DNA from: Myxococcota bacterium
GTDB lineage: Bacteria; Myxococcota_A; UBA9160; JAFDDA01
NCBI GenBank assembly: GCA_965228475.1
Contig: OZ245817.1
Coordinates: forward strand, 2,752,001 to 2,816,000
Reading direction: 5' to 3'
DNA: 64,000 nucleotides
Under the pieces are notes generated by a model. The model was not told the DNA's origin, searched no databases, and worked only from the letters and a program-made list of their open reading frames with translations. The position numbers were made by a program, and so were the translations under genes. Below are positions 1 through 11,285 of this stretch, one piece after another; the first letter of the stretch is position 1, and each line of letters begins with the position of its first letter.

Positions 1-225
1 ACCGAGGACGTCGGCTGGATCACCGAGCAGGTCGGTCCCGAGATCTGCCTCTTCTCGACGGACTACCCCCACGTCGAGGGCGGCCGCCGCCCCTACGAAC
101 GCTTCGATGCGAGCCTCGGCGATGCCGACGCCGCCGTTCGCGAGCGCTTCTACGCCGAGAACTTCATCGACCTGATGGGACGAGGGCTGCCGGCCGAGCT
201 GGCCCAGGCCCCCGCCCCGAACTGA
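1..225 (+). CDS. Amidohydrolase family protein, C-terminal fragment (5' end outside window)
   Basis: Frame 1 reads TEDVGWITEQVGPEICLFSTDYPHVEGG...FYAENFIDLMG...PN-stop(225). The 'FSTDYPH' and 'ENF' motifs are typical of Amidohydro_2 C-termini. Confidence 0.85.
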   Translation, partial: TEDVGWITEQVGPEICLFSTDYPHVEGGRRPYERFDASLGDADAAVRERFYAENFIDLMGRGLPAELAQAPAPN

Positions 226-256
226 ATCGAACCGAACACGAGACCAGGAGCCCGCG

Positions 257-1444
257 ATGGACCTTTCTTTCACCGACGAACAGCTCGCCTTCCGCGAGGA
301 AGTCCGCGAGTTCATCCAGACGGCGATGCCGCCCGAGATCAAGCGCAAGGCCGATGCCGGCGCGAGCTTCTCCCAGGCCGAGAGCATGGAGTGGCACAAG
401 ATCCTGTACGCCAAGGGCTGGGTCGCGCCGAACTGGCCGAAGGAGCTCGGCGGAACCGGCTGGGACACGGGCCAGCGCTTCATCTGGCAGGAAGAGACCG
501 TCCAGGCCAATTGCCCCGAGCTCTCGCCCTTCGGTCTCACCATGGTCGGGCCGCTGATCATCCAGTACGGCACCGACGAGCAGAAGAAGCGCTTCCTGCC
601 CCCGATCCTCTCGGGCGAAGAGGTCTGGTGCCAGGGCTACTCCGAGCCCAACGCGGGCTCGGACCTCGCGAACCTCCAGCTCCGCGCCGAGAAGGATGGC
701 GACGACTACATCCTGAACGGCCAGAAGACCTGGACCACCTACGCCCAGTACGCCGATTGGATCTTCGTCCTGTGCCGCACGAGCACCGAGGGCAAGAAGC
801 AGGAGGGCATCTCCTTCCTGCTCGCGGACGTGAAGAACACCCCCGGCATCACCGTGAAGCCCTTCCTCACGACGGGCGGCACCGATGCCTTCTCGGAGAC
901 CTGGTTCCAGGACGCCCGCGTCCCCCAGGCGAACCGCGTCGGCCCGGAGAACGGGGGCTGGAGCATGGCCAAGGCCCTGCTCGGCCACGAGCGCACCGCC
1001 ATCGGCGGCGTCGCCGAGAGCGGACGCTGGCTCGGCCACGTGAAGCGGATCGCCAAGCAGACCCCGGTCGGCACGGGCACGCTCTTCGAGGATCCGGCCT
1101 TCCGCCGCCGCATCGCCGAACACGAGATGCGCTGGCGGGCCGTCTCCATGGCGAACCTGCGCAACCTGGCCTCGGCCCAGCTCGGCCACGCCCCCGGCGC
1201 GGAGAGCTCGATCCTCAAGATCGTGGGCACCGAGATCTACCAGGAGATGACCGAGCTCGCGATGGACGCCCTCGGTCACGGCGCCATGGGCTGGTTCGAC
1301 GCCCCGGAAGAGGCCATGGAGGAGCAGGAGCGCTGGGTCGCCAGCCAGTTCAACTACCTGCGTGCGGCCACGATCTACGGCGGATCGAACGAGATCCAGA
1401 AGAACATCATCTCGAAGCACATCCTGCGGCTTCCGACCCAGTAA
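257..1444 (+). CDS. Acyl-CoA dehydrogenase (PimC-like large subunit)
   Basis: Motifs WCQGYSEPNAGSDLA, NGQKTWTT and TIYGGSNEIQKNII; AGGAG RBS upstream. Confidence 0.93.
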   Translation: MDLSFTDEQLAFREEVREFIQTAMPPEIKRKADAGASFSQAESMEWHKILYAKGWVAPNWPKELGGTGWDTGQRFIWQEETVQANCPELSPFGLTMVGPLIIQYGTDEQKKRFLPPILSGEEVWCQGYSEPNAGSDLANLQLRAEKDGDDYILNGQKTWTTYAQYADWIFVLCRTSTEGKKQEGISFLLADVKNTPGITVKPFLTTGGTDAFSETWFQDARVPQANRVGPENGGWSMAKALLGHERTAIGGVAESGRWLGHVKRIAKQTPVGTGTLFEDPAFRRRIAEHEMRWRAVSMANLRNLASAQLGHAPGAESSILKIVGTEIYQEMTELAMDALGHGAMGWFDAPEEAMEEQERWVASQFNYLRAATIYGGSNEIQKNIISKHILRLPTQ

Positions 1445-1454
1445 GGACGACCCG

Positions 1455-2603
1455 ATGAATTTCGATCTCACGGACGAGCAGCAGATGCTCGTGGATTCGG
1501 TGGCTCAGTTCGTCACGAACGAGTCGAACGCGGAACGCTTCCGCAAGCTGCGCGACGTCGAGCTCGGCTGGGACAAGGCCATGTGGGAGCGCATGGGCGA
1601 GTTCGGCTGGCTCGGCGTGCCCTTCCCCGAGGAGCAGGGCGGCTTCGGCGCGAGCTTCGTGGACCTGGCCCTCGTGCTCGAACAGCTCGGGCGCGGCCTC
1701 GTCCCCGAGCCGATCGTGCCTTCGGTCGTGCTGGCGGGCGGCCTGATCTCGCGGCTCGGAAACCCGGCCCAGGTGGAAGCCTTCCTCGCGCCCATGATCG
1801 AGGGGCGCGAAAGCCTGGCCTTCGCCTACGCGGAGCGGCAGAGCCGCTACGACCTCTCGGACTGCACGACCGCGGCGGAGAAGAGCGGCTCCGGCTGGAC
1901 GCTCCGCGGCGAGAAGGTCTGGGTGCTGAACGGCCACGCCGCCGATCGGATCGTCGTCCTGGCGCGCACGAGCGGCGGCCAGACGGATGCCGAGGGGCTC
2001 TCCCTGTTCGTCGTCGACGCGGATGCCGAGGGGCTCTCCCGCACGAACGTGCGCGGCATGGACGGCCAGCGAAGCGCCCTCCTCCGCTTCGAGGGCGTCG
2101 CGGTCGGCGAGGACCGGCTCCTCGGAAGTGAAGGCGGAGCCCGCCCGCACGTGGAATGGGCGATCGACCGCGGCGCCGCGGCGGCCTGCGCCGAGGGTCA
2201 GGGCGCGATCCAGGAGCTCTTCGAGCGCACCGTCGCCTACCTGAAGGAGCGCAAGCAGTTCGACGTCCCGATCGGGAGCTTCCAGGCGCTCCAGCACCGG
2301 GCCGCGGACATGTTCGCCGAGGTCGAGCTGTGCCGGAGCACGATGATCCTCGCCGCCATCCAGGCCGACGAAGAGGACGAGGACACGCGGCGCGCGGACG
2401 TCTCCGCCGCGAAGCTTCAGCTCTCCCGCGGCGGCTGGCACGTTGCGGAGAACGCGATCCAGCTCTTCGGCGGCATCGGCGTCACCGACGAGCAGGACGA
2501 GGGCCTCTATTTCAAGCGGCTCCGCGTCCTCCAGGGTCTCTACGGGGACGCGGACCACCACATCGATCGCTTCCAGTCGATCGAGAGCTTCGACGAGGCC
2601 TAG
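1455..2603 (+). CDS. Acyl-CoA dehydrogenase (PimD-like partner subunit)
   Basis: Starts MNFDLTDEQQML; motifs RKQFDVPIGSFQALQHR and IQLFGGIGVTDE; begins 10 nt after the previous ACAD, a typical heteromeric ACAD pair. Confidence 0.92.
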   Translation: MNFDLTDEQQMLVDSVAQFVTNESNAERFRKLRDVELGWDKAMWERMGEFGWLGVPFPEEQGGFGASFVDLALVLEQLGRGLVPEPIVPSVVLAGGLISRLGNPAQVEAFLAPMIEGRESLAFAYAERQSRYDLSDCTTAAEKSGSGWTLRGEKVWVLNGHAADRIVVLARTSGGQTDAEGLSLFVVDADAEGLSRTNVRGMDGQRSALLRFEGVAVGEDRLLGSEGGARPHVEWAIDRGAAAACAEGQGAIQELFERTVAYLKERKQFDVPIGSFQALQHRAADMFAEVELCRSTMILAAIQADEEDEDTRRADVSAAKLQLSRGGWHVAENAIQLFGGIGVTDEQDEGLYFKRLRVLQGLYGDADHHIDRFQSIESFDEA

Positions 2604-2665
2604 TCGAAAGCTTCGACGCGGCGCGGTCGTTCGCTAGCTTGCGATTTCCATCAGGAGGAACGGTC

Positions 2666-2995
2666 ATGGCAGGGAGTTTCGAACTCAAGCGATCCAAGGA
2701 TCAGTTCATGTGGAACCTGAAGTCGGGGAACGGCCAGATCGTTCTCACGAGCGAGCGGTACAAGACCCGCCGCTCGGCCGAGGCCGGCATCGCGTCCGTG
2801 AAGAAGAACTGCAGCCGCGACGCTTGCTACGACCGCAAGACCACGGCGAGCGGGAAGTACCGCTTCAACCTGCTCTCGACCAACGGCCAGGTCGTCGGCT
2901 CGAGCCAGAACTACGCCTCGGCTTCCGGCCGCAACAACGGCATCGCCTCGGTGAAGAAGAACGCGCGAGGCGCCAAGGTCAAAGACCTGACCTGA
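2666..2995 (+). CDS. YegP/DUF1508 family protein (two tandem repeats)
   Basis: Two copies of F/W-NL-x-S-x-NGQ-x-V-xx-S-xx-Y...GIASVKKN; AGGAGG RBS. Confidence 0.9.
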   Translation: MAGSFELKRSKDQFMWNLKSGNGQIVLTSERYKTRRSAEAGIASVKKNCSRDACYDRKTTASGKYRFNLLSTNGQVVGSSQNYASASGRNNGIASVKKNARGAKVKDLT

Positions 2996-3116
2996 CTCCG
3001 GGAGCACCGGACTGCGACGGATCGGGCCGCCCCTGGGCGGCCTGGCCCGTCCCCCCGGCGTCGGCTTCCATCCGCCCACCGAGGAGTGGTAGGATGGCCA
3101 CGCTGGAGGTGTCTCC

Positions 3117-3791
3117 GTGGCGTCCTCGCGACCGACCGGCTTTCACGCCCTGCGCGCTCCCGCCGCCCTGCTCGGCGCGCTGCTCCTCGCCATCGCCAAC
3201 GCGGGCCCGGCCTGCGGCCCGATCCAGGGCATCCAGTTCCTCGAGCCCGCCTCCGAGATGCTCCACACCGCGGGCACGGCCGTCGCCGTCACGGGCCGCA
3301 CCGGCCCGGGCTTCGACCCCGCGACCACGCGCTTCTCGGTCGACGGCGTCGACCTCGTCGCCGCCCTGGGCCTCACGCCGCCCTTCACGGACGCCACGGG
3401 CGACGTCCTGATCGGGGCGACCCTCGTCTCGGTCTCGGGCTTCAGCTACGACCCGAGCGGCCCCGGAGAGATCCCCTTCGCCTTCACGCTCGATGGGCTC
3501 CCCGTCGGGACCCACCAGCTCGAGGCCTTCTCGGAGAAGCTCGCCACCGGAGCACCGACCACGAAGACCCGGGACCTGCGTGTGGTCGGCGGCTTCGAGG
3601 AGAAGCTCGCCACCACGACCTCCGCCGGCCTCGTCGGCGGCTCCGTCGCCACCGGAAGCGCGGGCGTGCTCGCCAATCAGTCCCTCGGTCAGGCCGTCGC
3701 CGCGCCGCCCGCCGCGCTCGCGGGGGGAGGCACCTTGCGATCGGGCCACGTCGAGGCCGTCGAAGAACGCATCTCCGCAGGAGGCCCATGA
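3117..3791 (+). CDS. Secreted hypothetical protein (Ig-like domain plus Gly/Ser-rich C-terminal segment)
   Basis: GGAGG RBS before GTG; hydrophobic signal peptide; C-terminal GGSVATGSAG..QSLGQ..GGGTLRSGH segment; 3 nt from the next gene. Confidence 0.7.
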   Translation: MASSRPTGFHALRAPAALLGALLLAIANAGPACGPIQGIQFLEPASEMLHTAGTAVAVTGRTGPGFDPATTRFSVDGVDLVAALGLTPPFTDATGDVLIGATLVSVSGFSYDPSGPGEIPFAFTLDGLPVGTHQLEAFSEKLATGAPTTKTRDLRVVGGFEEKLATTTSAGLVGGSVATGSAGVLANQSLGQAVAAPPAALAGGGTLRSGHVEAVEERISAGGP

Positions 3792-3794
3792 GCC

Positions 3795-6020
3795 ATGCGC
3801 CAGCCCCTCTCCTTCAGCGTCGCCTTCGCTCTGCTCTTCGCCGTGGGAACCTCCACGGCCGCGCCGCCCTCCGTGCCGGCACAGATCAGCTACCAGGGCG
3901 TCCTGCTCGACGACGTCGGTGTCGCGCGCACCGGCCCCGTCGATCTCACCGTGCGGATCTGGGACGGCCTTCTCGGAAGCGCCGTCCTCGTCTACAAGCA
4001 GGAGCTCTCGGGGGTGGCGCTCGAGCAGGGCGTGTTCTCGATCCAGCTCGGCCCCGCGGGCAGCGCCACGGACACGCCCACCGACCCGCTGACCACCGAC
4101 CTCGCCGCCGCCTTCACGGCGGACCTGACGGCGGCGCCGCAGCGCTTCATCGAGCTCACGGTCGACGGCGACACGGCCCAGACCCGGACCCAGATCCTCT
4201 CGGCACCGCTCGCCTTGCGTGCCCAGAGCGCAGAGACGGCGGATACCGCGACCTCCGCCACGACCGCCGCGACGGCGCTCAACGTGACGAGCGTGAACGG
4301 CCTCGATTCGACCGCCCTGAACGAGATCTTCGAGCACTTCCTCTTCGACGGAAGCAACCCCCCGAACGACGACCCGAGCGAGGGCACCGGCGACACCGAC
4401 GGCGACGGCCTCGCGAACTTCATCGACCCCGACAACGACGACGACGGCATCAGCGACGGCGCGGAACTCGCCCAGGGCACGGACATCAACCTCGTCACGC
4501 CCACCGTCACGGGCGTCAACCCCGCGGTCACCGACTTCGGTTTCGCCGAGACCGTCACCGTCTCGGGCACGAACTTCGAACCGGGCATGTCCGTCGCCTT
4601 CGGCACGCAGAACCCCACGCCGACGAACGTGTCCGGAACCAGCTTCGACGTCACCGTCGGCCCCCAGGCCCAGGGGTTCTTCCCGGACGTCACGGTCACG
4701 AGGACCAACGGCGAGAGCGACACGGCCTCGGGCCTCTTCGAGTTCTCGGGCTTCATGCCGACCGTGCTCACGGCGACCCCGGCCCTGGCCTTCGCCGACG
4801 AGACCGTCAACGTGAGCGTGACCGGGACGAACTTCGTGCCGGGCATCACCGTCACCTTCGGCACCGAGAATCCGGTGCCCTCGAACATCACGCCCACGAG
4901 CTTCGACGTCACCGTCGGGCCCCAGCCGATCGGGCTGGCCTCGATCACCGTGACGCGGCCGAACGGCGTGTCGGGCCTGGGACTCCACCTTTTCGACTTC
5001 CGCGACCCGCTCCAGGGGATCGACTTCCCGCACGGCTCGCCCGGGCCGGTCTCGAGCTTCGACGTCTCCACCGCGGGGATTTCGGTCGTCGGCGACCTGG
5101 TCGACGAGCTCCAGGACCAGACCTGGTCGACGAATGCCCTCATCGACCCGGTGGGGACCCTCGGCGCCTTCGACCTGGCCTTCGACCCGACCGACACGCT
5201 CGGCGGAATCGTGCTCCTCGACCTTCCGGGGGACTGCCGCGTCCAGGCCCGAAAGGATGCGAACGCGAACTTCAAGATCTTCGCCGGCGAGGGCGTGACC
5301 GTCGAAACGCTCACGGGGAGCTGTTCGATCACCTCACCGAGCGCCGACTACCTCGCCAACGGCGGCCTCGTGGGCGCGTACTCACGGGAAGGCAGCGACC
5401 TCGTGGTGATCGCCGACCGCGACAACGACACCGACTTCACGGATCCCGGCGACTACACCGTGGTCGACACCGGGCTGACCTCGGTCCTCGCGGAAGCCGC
5501 AGCCAGCCCGACGGGCCAGGTGGCGGTGGCCTACCGCGCGAACGCCGGCAGCGGCTTCTTCGGCCGCCTGCTCCATGACCGCAACGGCGACGGCGACTTC
5601 GACGATGCCGACGAGGACCTGACGCTGCCGACCACGAACAGCCTCGATTGCCTCGACGTCGCCTTCGACCCCTCGGGCCGGATCGGCGTCCTCTACCAAG
5701 AAGACCAGGCCAGCCACGCCACGCTGCTGCAGGATCGCAACGACGACGGCGACTTCGACGATGCAGGCGAGAACCAGACCTTCGGAACCGTGGGGGGTAC
5801 CCAGTGCGCCCTCACGAGCATCCCGACGGGCTTCGCCCTCGTCCACGACGCATCGGGCGTCTACTCGGTCCTCAAGGACCTCGATGATGACGGAGACTTC
5901 GACTCCCCCGGAGAGGGAGTGACGATCACGATGCCGGTCAGCACCAGCACCAACCTCGCCGCTGATGCCACGGGGCAGCTCTACATCGGGACGCCGACGT
6001 TCGTGAACCTGCGGCCCTAG
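3795..6020 (+). CDS. Large secreted surface protein: 'SYQG' N-terminal domain, Ca-binding DxDxDG motifs, two IPT/TIG repeats, acidic C-terminal beta-domain
   Basis: Signal peptide; PAQISYQGVLLD; DTDGDGLANFIDPDNDDDG; two V-(S/T)GTNF-x-PG-x-x-V-x-FGT repeats; four DRNxDGDFDD-type motifs. Confidence 0.8.
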   Translation: MRQPLSFSVAFALLFAVGTSTAAPPSVPAQISYQGVLLDDVGVARTGPVDLTVRIWDGLLGSAVLVYKQELSGVALEQGVFSIQLGPAGSATDTPTDPLTTDLAAAFTADLTAAPQRFIELTVDGDTAQTRTQILSAPLALRAQSAETADTATSATTAATALNVTSVNGLDSTALNEIFEHFLFDGSNPPNDDPSEGTGDTDGDGLANFIDPDNDDDGISDGAELAQGTDINLVTPTVTGVNPAVTDFGFAETVTVSGTNFEPGMSVAFGTQNPTPTNVSGTSFDVTVGPQAQGFFPDVTVTRTNGESDTASGLFEFSGFMPTVLTATPALAFADETVNVSVTGTNFVPGITVTFGTENPVPSNITPTSFDVTVGPQPIGLASITVTRPNGVSGLGLHLFDFRDPLQGIDFPHGSPGPVSSFDVSTAGISVVGDLVDELQDQTWSTNALIDPVGTLGAFDLAFDPTDTLGGIVLLDLPGDCRVQARKDANANFKIFAGEGVTVETLTGSCSITSPSADYLANGGLVGAYSREGSDLVVIADRDNDTDFTDPGDYTVVDTGLTSVLAEAAASPTGQVAVAYRANAGSGFFGRLLHDRNGDGDFDDADEDLTLPTTNSLDCLDVAFDPSGRIGVLYQEDQASHATLLQDRNDDGDFDDAGENQTFGTVGGTQCALTSIPTGFALVHDASGVYSVLKDLDDDGDFDSPGEGVTITMPVSTSTNLAADATGQLYIGTPTFVNLRP

Positions 6021-6029
6021 GCCTGCGGA

Positions 6030-7355
<1,326 letters not shown>

Positions 7356-7508
7356 GGCATCTCCTCACGGGCCCGCACTGGGTCTCGGCCCGTGTCTCGA
7401 CGGTACGGGTTCGGCCGATGCGATGCCATTCCACCGGCCGGGCTGGTAGAGTCCGCTCCCATGATCGGCCTCGGAGACCCCCAGACGAGCGGCGTCGGCC
7501 GCCGACCG

Positions 7509-10406
7509 ATGACCGCGAGTTTCGAGCCGTCCGGGCCCGAGAGTGAGACGATCGGCCTCGATGGCACGTGGCAGTTCCACCTGGCGCCGGGCCCCGGGGC
7601 TTTCCTCGGCACCCTCGACGAACCCGAACCCGACGCCTTCGTGCCCATCGAGGTTCCCGGCTGTTTCACGTGCCAGGGACACGCGGCGCCCCACTACACC
7701 AACGTCGTCATGCCCTGGCCGCTCGATCCGCCGGACGTTCCGGAGGAGAACCCGACCGGGATCTACCGGCGGACCTTCGAGGCCCGTGCCGGGGAGCGCG
7801 CTGCCTTTCTCGAGATCGGTGGAGCCGAATCCTTCGCCGCGGTCTGGCTGAACGGAACGTTCATCGGCTCCGGGAAGGACTCGCGGCTGCCCCAGGTCTT
7901 CGACGTCACCGCGGCCCTACGGGAGGGCGAGAACCGGCTCACCGTCGCCGTCGTCCGCTACTGCGACGGGAGCTGGCTCGAGGACCAGGACCACTGGTGG
8001 CAGGCGGGACTCCATCGCTCGGTGAAGCTCCACCTTCGCCCGAGGACGCGCCTCGGGGACGTCATCGTCGACGCCGGCCTCGCGGAGGATCTCGCGACCG
8101 GCACGCTGCGCGTGAAGACCTCGATCGAAGGCGTCCGCCCCGGCCTGACCGTGCACGCACGCCTCGCGGACGGCTCGGGCAACGAGCTCTGGCAGGCGGA
8201 CGGGCCGCTCCAGCCGTTCCTGCGCGAGAGCCCGCTGCAGGAGATGGCGATGGCGTACCTCTACCGGGGGCCCTTCGTCGAGCTCTCGGGGGAGATCGCG
8301 GGAGTCGCTCCGTGGTCCCACGAGGACCCCGTGCTCCATGAACTCCGCGTCGAGCTCCGCGACGAGAGCGGACTGCTCGAGTCGACGTCCGTGCGCGTCG
8401 GGTTCCGCCGGGTCGAGATCGTCGGCCGGGAGCTGCGGATCAACGGCCGCACCGTTCCGATCTACGGCGTGAACCGCCACGACCACCACCCGGAGCGTGG
8501 CAAGACGCTCACCCGGGAAGAGATCCGGCACGACCTCGTCACCCTGAAGCGCTTCGGTTTCAACGCCGTGCGCTGTGCCCACTACCCGAACGACCCGGCG
8601 CTCTACGAACTCTGCGACGAGCTCGGCCTCTACGTCGTCGACGAGGCCAACATCGAGAGCCACGCGCGGCTGAACTCGCTCTCCCACGATGCGCGCTGGC
8701 ACCCGGCGTTCTTCGAGCGCTTCACGCGCATGGTGCAGCGGGACCGGAATCACCCGTCGATCATCGGATGGTCCCTCGGGAACGAATCCGGCTACTCGGC
8801 CGTCCACGACGCCATGGCGGCCTGGGCGCGCCGGACGGACCCCTCCCGCTTCGTCCAGTACGAGGGGGCGAGCTTTCACACGAGCCTCGACGGCGGCGAA
8901 GCGGCGAGCGACGTCGTGTGCCCGATGTACGCCTCGGTCGAGGACATCGTCGCCTGGTCCGAACGCAACGCGACGCCGCGCCCGCTCATCCTCTGCGAGT
9001 ACTCCCATGCCATGGGCAACAGCAACGGCGGGCTGGCCGACTACTTCGAGGCCTTCGAGACGCGCGAAGGGCTCCAGGGCGGCTTCATCTGGGACTTCAA
9101 GGATCAGGGCCTGACCCTCGAACGCGACGGCCGCCGGTTCCACGGCTTCGGGGGCCACTTCGGCGACGAACCGAACGACGCGAACTTCTGCTGCAACGGC
9201 ATCTTCGGCCCGAACGCCGAACCCCGCCCGGCGGCCTTCGAACACCGACAGCTCGCGACCCCGGTCCGGGCGCACTGGGAAGACGCCGGGGCGGGCCGGG
9301 TCCGCATCGAGAACCGGCGATGCTTCTCGGACCTCTCGGACGTCGCGTGCCGCTACGAGGCGTCGATCGACGGCCGGGGCGTCGAGCACGGCCGCCTCGA
9401 GCTGCCTCGGGTCGGCCCCGGGGAATCCGAATCCGTGGACGTCCCGCTGAAGCCGCCGGACGCCCGGGGACGCGAGGCGCATCTCACCCTCTTCTTCGAG
9501 ACCGCCGCCGATGCCGCCTGGGCCCCGGCCGGGGAGACGCTCGGCGTCTCCCAGCTCGCCCTGCCCTGGCCCGCCGAAGCGAACGGAACGGCAGCGGACG
9601 GAGCATTGCCGCTCGGCTGGGCCGAGGGCGCGCCGACCCTCGCGGGCGAGCCGGTGCTCGCCGGACCGATCGCACCGTGTCTCTGGCGAGCCCCGGTCGA
9701 CAACGACGGCGTGAAGCAGGGCCCGCGCAGGACGGCGCCACAGACCTTCGACGGCTGGCTCGAGCACGGCCTCGACCGCCTCGCACCCGGCCCCGTCACG
9801 CGCAAGGGCGCGGAGGACCGGCACTGGGAGCACGCGGCCTGGATCGCGCCCGGCGCGAAGCTCGGCATCGACCACGAGCGAACGATCGAGCTGCGCGGCG
9901 ACCGCTTCGTCATCCACGAAACGATCGACGCGCCGGCCGAGTGGAGCGACCTGCCGCGCGTCGGCGTGACCTTCCGCCTCCCGGCGCGCTTCGACCGGCT
10001 CGCCTGGTTCGGGCTCGGCCCCCAGGAGACCTACCCGGACCGCGTGGCCGGCGCGCACCTCGGGATCTTCGAGCACGCGATCGGCCCGGACGACTCGCCC
10101 TACCTGGTCCCCCAGGAGTTCGGCGCCCACGCCGGGACGCGCTGGTTCCGCCTCACCGATGCCGACGGGCTCGGCATCGAGGTCCGGCTCCCCGAGCCCC
10201 TGCAGTTCTCCGCGACCCGGTTCTCCGCCGATACGCTCTGGCGAGCCGGCGACGTCGCCTCCCTCACGCCCGACCCCGACATCACCGTCCACCTCGACGC
10301 GGCCCACCGCGGCGTCGGGACCGGCGCCTGCGGCCCCGACACCACGCACCTCGTCGCGGGCGGCCGCTTCCGCTTCACCTGGGAGCTCCTGCCCCTGCGG
10401 CCCTGA
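7509..10406 (+). CDS. lacZ: Beta-galactosidase, glycoside hydrolase family 2 (LacZ-type); alternative start at 7461
   Basis: Motifs HYTNVVMPW, EDQDHWW, GVNRHDHHP, NAVRCAHYP, WSLGNES (acid/base), LILCEYSHAMGNS (nucleophile) and QGGFIWD. Confidence 0.92.
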   Translation: MTASFEPSGPESETIGLDGTWQFHLAPGPGAFLGTLDEPEPDAFVPIEVPGCFTCQGHAAPHYTNVVMPWPLDPPDVPEENPTGIYRRTFEARAGERAAFLEIGGAESFAAVWLNGTFIGSGKDSRLPQVFDVTAALREGENRLTVAVVRYCDGSWLEDQDHWWQAGLHRSVKLHLRPRTRLGDVIVDAGLAEDLATGTLRVKTSIEGVRPGLTVHARLADGSGNELWQADGPLQPFLRESPLQEMAMAYLYRGPFVELSGEIAGVAPWSHEDPVLHELRVELRDESGLLESTSVRVGFRRVEIVGRELRINGRTVPIYGVNRHDHHPERGKTLTREEIRHDLVTLKRFGFNAVRCAHYPNDPALYELCDELGLYVVDEANIESHARLNSLSHDARWHPAFFERFTRMVQRDRNHPSIIGWSLGNESGYSAVHDAMAAWARRTDPSRFVQYEGASFHTSLDGGEAASDVVCPMYASVEDIVAWSERNATPRPLILCEYSHAMGNSNGGLADYFEAFETREGLQGGFIWDFKDQGLTLERDGRRFHGFGGHFGDEPNDANFCCNGIFGPNAEPRPAAFEHRQLATPVRAHWEDAGAGRVRIENRRCFSDLSDVACRYEASIDGRGVEHGRLELPRVGPGESESVDVPLKPPDARGREAHLTLFFETAADAAWAPAGETLGVSQLALPWPAEANGTAADGALPLGWAEGAPTLAGEPVLAGPIAPCLWRAPVDNDGVKQGPRRTAPQTFDGWLEHGLDRLAPGPVTRKGAEDRHWEHAAWIAPGAKLGIDHERTIELRGDRFVIHETIDAPAEWSDLPRVGVTFRLPARFDRLAWFGLGPQETYPDRVAGAHLGIFEHAIGPDDSPYLVPQEFGAHAGTRWFRLTDADGLGIEVRLPEPLQFSATRFSADTLWRAGDVASLTPDPDITVHLDAAHRGVGTGACGPDTTHLVAGGRFRFTWELLPLRP

Positions 10407-10439
10407 CGGCCTGCGGCGGGTTCCGTAGCTTCCGCGGCC

Positions 10440-11285
10440 ATGGGCATGCGTCGGTTCGATCGGAAGTTCGGCGCGGACTTCATCCGCGAGCTCCCGGAGG
10501 CCCCGGCCGTCTACCTCTTCAAGGACGAGGACGGCTCGGTCCTCTACGCCGGCAAGGCCAAGAACGTCCGCAAGCGGCTCTCGGGCTATCGAACGACGAG
10601 CCGCCGCAAGGCCCACCGCAAGATGCGGACCCTGGTCCGGGAGGCCCACGCTCTCGAGATCCGCGTCCAGCCGAGCGAGCGCGATGCGCTGCTCCTCGAA
10701 AACGAGCTGATCCGCACCCTGCGCCCGCCCTACAACGTCGACGGAGCCTACGACTTCCTCTACCCCGCGATCGGCGTGGGCTTCGACGAGGGTCAGCTGC
10801 GCCTGTGCTTCACGAGCCAGCCCGACGCCTTCGCGAGCCTCGCTCTGCGCTGGCACGGAAGCTTCCGCCCGCGGCTGCGCGCGCGCGAGGGCTTCGACGC
10901 CCTGGTTTCGCTGCTCGGACGGATCGGTCACCTGGAGCCGCGGACGCGCCTCCCCGAGGCGCCGCGGCTGCGCGGCTCGCGCCTGGTCGCCGTCCGGCGC
11001 GTCCCCCCGGAGATGGCCCCACCGATCGATGCCTTCTTCGCCGGGGAGTCCGACGCGGTGCTGGCCGACCTCTTCGGCCGGCTTCTCGAGCGCACCGCCG
11101 CGCGACAGGACGCCGCGGAGGTCCAGGAGGCGCTCGATCTCCTGCGGCGCTTCTTCCACCGGGACGCGGAGCGGCTGCGCCGCGCCCAGCTCGCGATCGG
11201 GCGATCGCCGGGCTTCGTCCCGAGCCCCGAGCGGGATGCGCTGTTCATCGCCGCGCGGTTCGAGGCTGCGGGCGATCCCGACTAG
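10440..11285 (+). CDS. GIY-YIG nuclease (UvrC N-terminal/Cho-like)
   Basis: LPEAPAVYLFKD..VLYAGKAKNVRKRLSGY..ALLLENELIRTLRPPYN matches the UvrC GIY-YIG domain; the C-terminal half is not recognisably UvrC. Confidence 0.85.
   Translation: MGMRRFDRKFGADFIRELPEAPAVYLFKDEDGSVLYAGKAKNVRKRLSGYRTTSRRKAHRKMRTLVREAHALEIRVQPSERDALLLENELIRTLRPPYNVDGAYDFLYPAIGVGFDEGQLRLCFTSQPDAFASLALRWHGSFRPRLRAREGFDALVSLLGRIGHLEPRTRLPEAPRLRGSRLVAVRRVPPEMAPPIDAFFAGESDAVLADLFGRLLERTAARQDAAEVQEALDLLRRFFHRDAERLRRAQLAIGRSPGFVPSPERDALFIAARFEAAGDPD

Noticed and set aside
3017..3052. Rho-independent terminator after the YegP-like gene
   Set aside because: A GC hairpin is present but has no U-tract, so it cannot be distinguished from chance pairing.
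3795..6020. Prophage tail fibre gene
   Set aside because: It has a Sec signal peptide, and there are no phage structural, integrase or lysis genes nearby.
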